Below the pieces are notes generated by a model. The model made no database searches and was not told the DNA's origin. It saw only the letters and a program-made list of their open reading frames with translations. A DNA stretch of 64,000 nt. Source: Lytechinus pictus (taxonomy: Eukaryota). The stretch covers positions 37,264,001 to 37,328,000 of the forward strand of contig NC_087245.1 in assembly GCF_037042905.1 (NCBI RefSeq), written 5' to 3'. Within the stretch, counting starts at the first letter, position 1, and the number at the start of each line of letters is the position of its first letter. The translations under genes were made by a program, and so were the position numbers. This document shows, piece after piece, positions 54,078 through 64,000 of the stretch.

Positions 54078-57000
54078 ACTTAAACTTGTAAATCATCATA
54101 TTGTATTCAGAGTGAATTATAGAAATTAAGAGAGGAAGGAGGAAAATGAAAAAGAGAAACTTTATTCTTTTTGTATCGTTCTAATTTTGTTGTCCTTTGC
54201 TTTTTTTTTTTGCATGTGTTTAAATGTAGCAGGGACCTCTGGGAGAACAGTGTACGTCTCTGATGAGGCTACCCTGGACAAACAAGACTTTATAATAATA
54301 ATAAAAAAGATAGATTGAGAGAGAGAGAGAAAGTGAGAGAAAGAAATAGGGAAAGAGAGAGAAATACAAAGTAGCTTTACCTATACCATCTATTATTAAC
54401 AGGTGCTCAGATATTTTTGTTAATGGTTTCCACAATCAAGTATATGCCTTGAAGTGAAAAAGGTTTTTCCCCTAAGCAATCAATATTCAATCACATCCTC
54501 CAATGATGCTTATAGATAACTTTCAAAATAAAGAAGCCCTGTATTGAATGACCTTTTATGAGGTGAAGTGCCATAAAATCCTCTTCAAAGCTATTCTTTG
54601 CAACCGAGGGAAGGTGTTATTTTAAAAACACATTTCTATTGATGCCTGCGATCTCATGACGTCATTAGATCCCCCTTCCATGTTCACCGACACATGCATC
54701 TCAATTCAACCTGAAGGGGTGAGCATCCACACCTAGAATTACAAACAAGGCAATGTTTCCACTCCTCGGTGCGTCTCCCAATGTTCTGCTTGGTCAGCGT
54801 AGATCCGGACGGACGCGAAACTCATCTTAAAAATCGGCCACGTATCCTGCCGCGGCTATTGTCAGTTACCCATAACAAATTGATTTCATTTCATCCATAC
54901 TTGATGAGGAGAATTTCAGAGGGTGTGGGTGACTCCATATTGTTGACAGGGATCATATGTAAACATCTCCAACAAAAACAAAACCTCAGAAACTATGATC
55001 TATATACATTTTCTGGGATGAATAACATTATTTTGGGTACAACTAAAAATCCCAATTCAACCATCACATTTTAATATCCATGTTGATTAGCACTTTATAC
55101 AAGTTGTCACATCCAATGCCTCATTAAAGCATAAGTAGTTGTTATATTGCCCCAATTCCTTACAATTATTTATACCAGAACATTTATTCGCGTGACTGCT
55201 TGGGGGGCAATTATTGAAGAGAAGTTTTGGAGAAAATCGCCATTTTTCCTGACTGAAACAAGTGATGGGCTGTATCGAGAGATTAGAAAAGTCCTGGATA
55301 AACCATTATTTTAATCAATATTCTAACCGATTATATTTAAACTGAAACTGGGGGAAATTAAAAGATCAGTCATTACTTAAATTTGATTGAAAGATTATTA
55401 AGAAGTTGATATACCTACAAGGACCATGAATGTTACAAAAATATTTGATTAATTAAAATTAATTTTCAATTTTTTCAAATATTCTGATATAATTTTAATG
55501 ACTGAACTTGAACTAAAATCTTAGATAAGGGCTATAAATTTTATTTTCATATAGCTACTCATACACCATTCATTATATTTGCATCCAACTTTGGTTAAAA
55601 AAAAGTAAAATAAAATAGACATACGTGCATTATGATATCTGAATAATATATCATCTATCTGAATATTGTAAGCATTCAGTGATCAGCAAAAAAGCATTTT
55701 ATAAACCTTTCTAAAACGAGCAGAATATTCATATACCATTCCCCATTAAGTTTACTATTTTGATAACATACATCAATCTCAAATTAAAACATTGTAATAA
55801 CCGGTCTTATTTTTTTCAATGAAAGGAACATCCTCGGCGGATCATGTTTAAATGGGTAATGGTTGAAAGCAAAATTGATGGAATTTATTTATGCTAAGGT
55901 TCAATGTTTATTTCAACCATAACATTTTTCTTTGAAATGGCTTCATTTTGCAATACTAGTGGTAAGTGCAGTAGAGGCTAAGGATGTGGCCAAGTACTCA
56001 CTGTAGCGACGCGATAGACAAGAGAAAACAGCGCTAATTTACATGACTTGCGGACACCGTGGGGACCTTGAGTGCTTGGAATTGTTCGTGAAAATCTGAC
56101 AGTTTGGTCAATAGTACTTCTCAAACAAGAGATAACACTACCAGTAACAGGAAACTGTAAAAAGCCCAATACATCACCCACCTACACCCTAAACGACCGC
56201 AACGTCCCTTCAGCATTTCGATGGTACTTCTTTTTTTCCCCCTTAAAAATGGGAAACCACAGGAATATTTTAATAACAGATTACCAAACAAAAAAACAAA
56301 ACAAAGTAATAAAATAATGAAATAAAAGTGCAATCCATTTCCTCACAAACATAATAAAATGTAAAGAGCAAATCTGGAAGATATTGCCCACATTATCCAC
56401 TCAGTACTTCTATGACGTATCTGAATGACACATTTTGATATAATTTTGACTTTAGTAAGGTACAGTAAACATTAAACCACAGTACTCCAATCTTTTACGA
56501 ACTATTTTGACAGTACATAATGATCTCCAAACTGTCATTACATACACTATACTCTTCTAGATCTGGATGCTTTCATCATAGAATGTGACCTTGGTTTAAG
56601 GACAATGAAAGCCTTGAAAAATCATGCAACTGGGTAAATGTAACCCAAATAGTGTCATAAGCTCAACAAAAGTTAAAATTTGGACGGAGGCGTTTAGAAA
56701 AAAGGGACAGGAATCTTATATTTTTTGTTATTGTAAGGCAACAAATTACTCTAAAATTTCAGGTGAATTTTTTTTCAATGAAAATATGCCATTTCAATTG
56801 AAAGAGCATTGCCCAACACTGGATGTATACCCCTTTAATAGTTCATTCAAATTCTCAGCTTGCTACCATACTTCAATCTTGACTTGAAAAGCACTCTTCT
56901 CCGAGTATCCGTCACTTCAAATTGTAGAATACAGACTCTGATTTTAAGTACAGTAAATGCCCCCATCTCTTCTCTGTGGTTGTCCTTTCCTACCTGACTT

Positions 57001-57206
57001 CCAGCTCAATTATGCAAATATATGTATACTTTTACGCTTTCTTGGCGTGCTTTCCGTTCAATATCTGTGACACATCGATTCATTAGACTAAGAACTAGGC
57101 CCGGGTTGCATTAATGTTCCTGTCAATATTATGGTAAGTCAGTGATCCAATGGCAAATAATGTCACTGCCTGGTAATGTGTGCATATTCTGTTTCCTATA
57201 CCGCAG

Positions 57207-57897
57207 GTAGGTGTTTCACAAAGCTGTTTGTAAGTTACAAGCGACTTTACGAACGACTGGTGATATTGTCTTGTGGTAATTATACAAATTAGATTTGATG
57301 ATGATGATGATGCACAGCATTTTGTATACCACCATATATCTGGGTCGCCAAGAAGGGCGCGCACACAGAACTGTGACCCGCAGGTCTCTCCTCCCGATAA
57401 CTGGTTGGGGAATGCAGGTGGACCACTACACCGGGGTTTCCCCCTACTCTTATTCGAATAGTGCAGTGGGTTCTTAACATGCAAAGGTGGCGATTCTCCT
57501 CTACACGGGGCCTCCATTTAACGTCCTATCCGAGGGACGGTGTGTTTTCCACTGTAACATAGCCTGCATCTATGGAACAGGGGAGAGACGTTTACACACA
57601 GCGCACTGGCTTCAGGCATCCGCCCGGGGTGGACTCGAACCCACGAACTTTGATTCGACGGGCAGACGCTTTACCGACTGAGCCAACTTCGCTCTCTTCA
57701 CGCACTGGCTCCAGTCATCCGCCCGGGTTGGACTCGAACCCACAATCTTTGGTTCGACGGCAGATGCTTTACCGACTGAGCCAACTTCGCTCTCTTTGCA
57801 TTAGCATTGATTTAGTTCCTACAAAAGGGTCACCAGTCATCATAAAGTCGTTTGTAAAGTCGCTCATATCTTCCAAACAGCTTTATGAAAAACCCAA
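57207..57897. mobile_element. Harbinger-like MITE (CAG TSD) split by a SINE insertion
   Basis: Halves 57207-~57294 and ~57797-57897 match the 35581/62306 family; cag at 57204-57206 and 57898-57900. Confidence 0.8.
57295..57794 (-). mobile_element. Deu-domain tRNA SINE (family 3) with duplicated head and (ATC)n tail
   Basis: The minus-strand segment ccgtccctcggataggacgttaaa..tgttaagaacccactgcactattcgaataagagtaggggaaaccccggtgt resembles the Deu domain. Two heads each have A (tggctcagtcgg) and B (ggttcgagtcc) boxes. Confidence 0.85.
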
Positions 57898-58833
57898 CAG
57901 GGATGGCATCTCAAAGCACTTTGTACCTCATGAAAGGGACTCGAGAAATGTCAACTTTCAATATCATTAATGGCAAATGCCATAGTAATTACAGAGCTCA
58001 AACAGCCTACAAGATATTAAGGATAGCATGATGTTAAAATTGACTGTCATAGCAACCAAAATAATCATTTTCATGAAACTGGATCCGGTAGGATTACACC
58101 CATTACATCCATCAAGGGAGAGAATCATTGAAGAATAAAGATGATAAGGAGATTCCGGCTTCAAAGGATGAAAATGAAAAAGAGATATCTATCTACTGCA
58201 GAGAGAGTATAACACAGAAACACTCTTACTGAAGGTTACAGTCGATTTCTATACTAGTCTTAGACTCTTGGATTTTCTGACTGAACAGTGAAAAGGGGAT
58301 CTCAACTGTATGGTGAGGAAAAAAAGCAATTTTCATTGAGACTCCAAAAATGTAAGTGAATTTTCATATGATTCTAAACACCTCAGGGCTAATAAAATAG
58401 TATAAGCGAGTGTATAGTATAAAAAAAAACAGGCCAAATTGGTACTTTTTGCCCTAAGCTTTATTCACAGGCCCTGTAAGTTATGATAGCAAAGTAAACC
58501 AATACACAGTTACAATTGAGGAAGCAAAATGAAATGATTTTACAACAATGCTCAACAAAAGACACAAGTTTCCTGTAGCCAAGACTACATTTATAAATAG
58601 ATTCACACATTGGTAGATTATGATAGAGAGAAGAAAGGATAATGTTATCGTATATTATATCCACCTGTTCTATCCATGGTACCCAAAGTGCACTTCACCC
58701 TGGCCTTTCCCCCCACTAGGTTGCTTAGCAACGAACAACAATCCGAGGGTTTTACTACCAGATAAAAGTGATTATACCATGCTTTGGAACATGGCTTGGA
58801 TGAATGTTACAACAATAGGGTGAAGGTGGTCAG

Positions 58834-58974
58834 GAGCCCGTTGCAGAAAGAGTTGCAATCAATCGCAACTCTAAAAATCATGCGCAACTTGATTTTCAAC
58901 CAACAGCGTGCATTTGGGACTTGCGATTGATTTTTTGGCTTGCGTTTAAACGCAACTCTTTCTGCAACGGGCCC
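58834..58974. mobile_element. Harbinger-like MITE (CAG TSD), inverted relative to 8390-8533
   Basis: TIR gcccgttgcagaaagagttgc; cag at 58831-58833 and 58975-58977. Confidence 0.9.
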
Positions 58975-60419
58975 CAGATCAGTAAAACTTCACTTCACCA
59001 TCAACTAAATAAATAGATGGGAGATGAATGAGCATAAATAACACTGAAACAATAATAACCAAAAAAAATCTAATTTAGAAATCTGATGCAGAATTTCAAC
59101 AAGTTATGACATTTTCGTTTTTTCATAATTGGTAACACCAACAAAATGTATTTGCTAAATCAGATGTTTTTACACCAACAAAATGTATTTGCTGAATCAG
59201 ATGTTTTACATTTATGGAATGGTCCCATGAAATTCTTGAATTTTCTCCTAGCAGTTTGGTAGGCGATTGCCATGGAAGTGAGATATCCACATGACTGGGA
59301 ATTAGAATATGTATTGTCTCACCAAGATGTTGTAGCCAGAATAAGCCTACGTACACGTGGAAAGACGTTTTCTTATATTATAATCCAATTTCTTTACATC
59401 AAGAATTGATGAACGCTGATATCTTGACATAAACGATTTCTTCTTGAAACTTTCTGTGTAGTTAGTGCAAGAAATTTCCCGATATCAAGAATGAGATGCT
59501 TGATACCAATGAATAGGATTAAATGAGAAAATAATGCACATCAGAACATGCTTGCTCACAAATCCAGGTATGATTGCCCTTTAGTTTCAATCATTGGCAT
59601 TTTACTACAAAAAGTAAAGATCAATAAACCTGAATTTCAAAGAAACATACGCCTATTGAAAAGAGATTTCTTATGAATTTAGGTAGTTTCCCAGTGTTCA
59701 TGCATGTCTACCCAGAAAACACCATATATTTTGATTTCACTCCAAGTTCAACTAGTACTGGGTCTTTGTGCCATGATTACATCTTTAAAGTAATTTGAGA
59801 GCATTTCCAATTTTCAAAAGTTGGGCATCTGAACCCCCTTGGAGGATGTATGAATGAGTTGTTTATGGTCCTTCTGTTATGATATGGAACTTTCTATGAT
59901 ATCTTAGCTATATTCACATGAATGCGTTTAGTATTCCACTGAGAATGAGGAGTGCCAAATAAGCTTAATGTCACAAGAGACGTTGACCTTTTACTCATCA
60001 ATTCTAAAGTCTACCCCCTGGTCGTCAGCATCAAAAGAGGGGCGTCTCAGTAAATTTATCCCTGATCCGCGGGAGGCAAGTGTTTTCTTTTCATTCTAGG
60101 CTCTTTCAGACATTATCATTAGCACTACATGGATGAATGTCATTATGGTTAATCAGTGCGCATCGTTCTGGCCTGTGTGTTCGCCAACAACCCATTCCTA
60201 TTCAAGGCACGACAATAGAACAAAGGGCTCCCCATTGAACATAATTCACAAAGGTTTTATCATATTTCTTACCCTTGCCAAGAGTAATTGAGGTTTTTTG
60301 CCTTTTCTTCTAAATCTAATTATATGAAATACTATTAATTAAATCATGTGATCGATTGATATCACGATAGTGTTCGGAATATCAACACACTATTCCTCAC
60401 GCACCTGGCAAATCTCATA

Positions 60420-60646
60420 CACTGCAAAAACGGTGTAAAAAACTAGACCACCATACAAAGGATTTTTACCAGTTTTAAATTCATGGTGTTTGTTTGACAC
60501 CCATTGGTGTTATTATAACGTTCTGTTTGTTATTTAAACACTATTGAGTGTTAATTCCAAATTCCAAGGTGTACTTCTAACACCTGACCATGTGGCCTCT
60601 CATAGCACAAATTGGTCTCTTTCTTAACACCAGAAGTTTTACAGTG
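60420..60646. mobile_element. CACTG..CAGTG (EnSpm/CACTA-like) MITE with TA flanks
   Basis: ta|cactgcaaaaac ... gttttacagtg|ta; related to the 30192 array. Confidence 0.75.
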
Positions 60647-60738
60647 TATAGAAACCAGGAATAAGGAGAGAAATTCCCTAGCTCAAGTTATTTCTTTTAT
60701 TGCAATGCATTATATGTTCCAAACCAAGTCCAGTCTAA

Positions 60739-61182
60739 GACACCGTTCTCATTACACTTTCTAAAACTAGTTTACTGGAAACCGGTTCAGGAAACCAGTT
60801 TGGAAGATCGCTTTGCTAGCATTCCCACTTGATCACATGAAAGTGGTTTTCAAAATCACTTCACGTAAAACGATCTTGTTGCTATAGGAATGCTCTCAGC
60901 AGGGCGACATGTTTTGCGCGAATTTCGAAACTGCAGCGTTGGTATTCTACACACAGAGTGTGGCCTGGGGCGTGCTCAAAATGTGCGAAGATCGCTTCCC
61001 GAAGAACGGTTGTGTCGTCACGCTAAAACCAGTTTAAGGCAAAGCAATCTTGAAAACTACATCGTGAGGTGGTTTTCTGAACCGGTTTGGAAGATCGCTT
61101 CCAAGATCGCTTCGACCGTTCTCATTACACGTTAAACTAGTTTCCAGTAAACTAGTTTTAGGAAGGTAGTGAGAACAGTGTC
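60739..61182. mobile_element. ~450-bp MITE (TIR gacaccgttctca), copy 3, inverted
   Basis: Reverse-complement homologue of 43999-44462. Confidence 0.9.
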
Positions 61183-61356
61183 AAATAGTCCACTCTGATG
61201 TTCAAACTTCCAACAAAAAATCTGAAATTTATGAGCTCTTAACAAACAAATTTGTAAAGGGAAAACAATGACAAACATTGAGGCGATCTAACGCTCTCCG
61301 GAAGCCACGGAGGGCACTGGCTACCTTTCAGAGGCATTACAAACAAATTACGTCTG

Positions 61357-61481
61357 GGGCCCGTAACACAAAGCTTAGCAATGATCATAGAACATTTTTC
61401 TACGATTGATTCCATTGACTACAATGTACAATTATGAAAATAAAGTGTACGATTAATCGCAAACCTTTTTATTTCAGGACC
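61357..61481. mobile_element. Harbinger-like MITE (CTG TSD)
   Basis: ctg|gggcccgtaacacaaag ... caggacc|ctg; homologous to 7060-7188. Confidence 0.8.
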
Positions 61482-62305
61482 CTGATCAATGAAAGAACAC
61501 CATGATGGCTTCAAGAATTGGACCTGACTTTTTTTTGTACATACTGTACACCAACAGTCTTAGTAAAGAGCAAAATTATATTTCAAATGGTTGATTGGAT
61601 ATGTATGACAGTTTCTACTCATGATAAGGCCCAAAAGGCAGACAGTATGCCAACAAGTGATAGGAACAATCCCCCATGAAAAAGGAAACTGTAAGGAAAA
61701 CCCGAAACAATTTGCATAATCTCCATTCCTAACTCATGAAAAGCTATAGTCGCTTCCAAAAAGATAACAAAAACTGGATGTAACAAATGTAGGACTCGTT
61801 CCAAGAAAGCATGATCAGGAAAGGCTCCAATTAACGACGTTTAGATGAATTGGACTGAGCAGTCTCTGAGACAATGAGACGAGAACAAATCCCGATCGTA
61901 GGATGAATAATTGATCGCTGACATTTTACTTTCAATTCCACTGGTAGATGTATTCACGCTGATACCCCAAACAGCTAGCATTGCCATTTTAAGGTCTCTC
62001 ATCTCTCATCAACACCACGAACAATGACGAATCTGTGATCAACCTCCTAGCACTCATCAGCAGGCCTGGCTTCAATCTTTAGCATTCGTTAGCAATCAAA
62101 AGAGTGCAATTGATGTGACATTCTTGGAAAGCCTTTCATTTCTGCAATATTTCATTCCAGGGTGATTATATAATTTTCGATATGAAACCCCACTTGCAGG
62201 AAAATAGTGTGGCTGAAATGATAGGGTGATCTCGCTTGACAAATGTCGGTGGAATAATATTAGGGATGTTGTGGCCAAAAATATGTGATATGAAGCAGCT
62301 ACCTG

Positions 62306-62476
62306 GGGGCCGTTTCATAAAGCTGTTCGTAAGTTAAGAGCGACTTTAAGAACGACTGGTGATCCCTTCTTACGCGCTAAACCATCGCCAATGAATATAC
62401 CATTTATCACAAGAAGGGATCACCAGTCGTTCTTAAAGTCACTCTTAACTTACGAACAGCTTTATGAAACACCCAC
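62306..62476. mobile_element. Harbinger-like MITE, near-perfect hairpin
   Basis: Long arms gtttcataaagctgttcgtaagttaagag.gactttaagaacgactggtgatcccttctt and their reverse complement; flanks ctg / cag. Confidence 0.92.
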
Positions 62477-63731
62477 CAGGTGTGGTAGTGTGAGGTTATG
62501 GGGATGATACGTGTTTATGAGGATTCGTGGCATGAGTGTGGATGATAATGATTTGGAGGAAATAGTATGTGTGACATGATGTGGGTGACAATGTGTGTGT
62601 GTCACTGTCACCAAATAAAAATTGGGTGACAGTTTAGCTGGCATACTGGGGACACCATTGTGTAGTGTACGATTCGAATAACAGATGGTCTGTGTGTATG
62701 TGTGTGTATGTATTACATGCTGCATGACAAGGGTGACATTGCGGGGGAGACCATCTGTAATCGCCTTATAACCGGGACGAGAGTGTGACACTCAACTATC
62801 CCACCAGTGACGTTTCCGGAAAAAACAGGGACGGCTCCCATATTCTTCAGCCTTGATGCAAATAAAACACAGATAGTGCTAAAGTAATAGAAAATGGCCA
62901 AAATGTGTGTGAATCACTTAATATGTCCCCGGTTACCGCAACTTTGTCACTCACATTCACAAATGTCCCCAACTGCATGCTGAACACAAGAGTGTGTGTC
63001 CCAGATTGCATATTATAGACCGAGTGTATCTGTGTTTTATTGTCCTTGTTTGGTAGCAACTAAAAGTGAGTGTGTGGGAGTGTGAGTGTGTGTGTATGCT
63101 TCCTATAGTCTACAGACTGACTCTAGGTGCATTCCCAGGGGATGCATAAGCGCAGGATAAAAATCGAGCCATTCTAATAACTCTCTTCTTCATCTACTCT
63201 GTGGTTACCAAGTCACTTGTGACAAAAATAATGCTGAAGATACTCATACAGATGATGGTTAAAATTAAGAGCAAAGGGGCGCAGATTCAACACTTGGGGG
63301 CCATTAGTGGTTGAAGCAATCAAATAACTATCGAGGACTTTGATTAAGAATCCCTGCCTGGTAATGGCAAACTCCTCTGTGGTTGTTCAAGCCACATTTT
63401 CAAACATTTGCCACAAAAAAACTTCTCTCAAATCGTCGGCGGTCATCCGAACCGTCGTATCACACAAATGACGGTGCATGCAAACCCATTTCAGAGAAAA
63501 TCGACTTCAAAGTTTACTGTAATTTTCACACTTAGTTCCCCAGCCTTACAACATATTCATTGCTAGAAAAATACATGGTTGGAAAGACCAAGAAAAGTGC
63601 TTGACATTGGTATCTTTATTTTTACACAAAACTAAGGATCCGAGAAAATATGGCAAAAGAGCTACATGCTTGTAATTTCGGTTTGAAAGGCTTAGATTTT
63701 CCCTGTACAAAAAAAGCCATCGAGAAAAAGC

Positions 63732-63886
63732 GATACAACGTTTTGACTGACCGCGATTTCAATGTGCGCGATCATTCAAAACGTTGTATCGCTTTTCACG
63801 TGCAAAGTCAATGCAGTGCCAAGTGCTGATACTACCGTTTGGCTGACCACGCGCATTGAAATCGCGGTCAGTCAAAACGTCGTATC
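63732..63886. repeat. 33-bp inverted repeat, probably internal to a DNA element running off the window end
   Basis: gatacaacgttttgactgaccgcgatttcaatg versus cattgaaatcgcggtcagtcaaaacgtcgtatc (1 mismatch). Confidence 0.8.
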
Positions 63887-64000
63887 TCTCTGTTACAGTA
63901 CGTTTCCAATGGGATTTGCGCAATTTATTAAAAATTTGTATGGCACCGCCGTGAAAATCCTCTCATATCTCAGAAAATAAAATAAATTGCTGCCTAGAAA

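Noticed and set aside
57095..57970. Longest ORFs in the window (140 aa and 132 aa)
   Set aside because: They lie across the GC-rich SINE and its host MITE, with no recognisable protein features.
59135..59210. ~37-bp tandem duplication (similar small ones at ~15585-15642 and ~10192-10238)
   Set aside because: Ordinary slippage duplications with no further structure.
38567..64000. Upstream exon with the RVxF PP1-binding motif
   Set aside because: No suitable ORF or donor recognised; probably beyond position 64000.

Overview
AT-rich animal genomic DNA, most likely a sea urchin or other marine deuterostome (inferred from the poly-G/C runs, the Deu-domain SINE and the MITE repertoire). The window lies inside a large minus-strand neurabin/spinophilin (PPP1R9-family) gene. 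Three coding exons (38434-38566, 27492-27612, 13900-14004) have canonical AG/GT sites and splice in frame, encoding the segment after the PP1-binding motif and most of the PDZ domain. The flanking exons were not found in the window. The introns hold many non-autonomous DNA transposons of several classes, several nested: CWG-target Harbinger-like, TTAA-target Kolobok-like, 8-bp-TSD GG..CC, hAT-like and CACTG types. There are also at least three tRNA-derived SINE families, LINE 3' remnants and microsatellites. I found no novel protein-coding system. The most notable non-obvious items are a ~130-bp insert with a 12-bp TSD carrying a Penelope-type minimal hammerhead ribozyme, a double-headed DeuSINE nested in a MITE, MITEs carrying RFX X-box/CCAAT motifs, and candidate internal first exons for a truncated neurabin isoform. 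Superfamily names are inferred from termini and TSD patterns, not from database searches.
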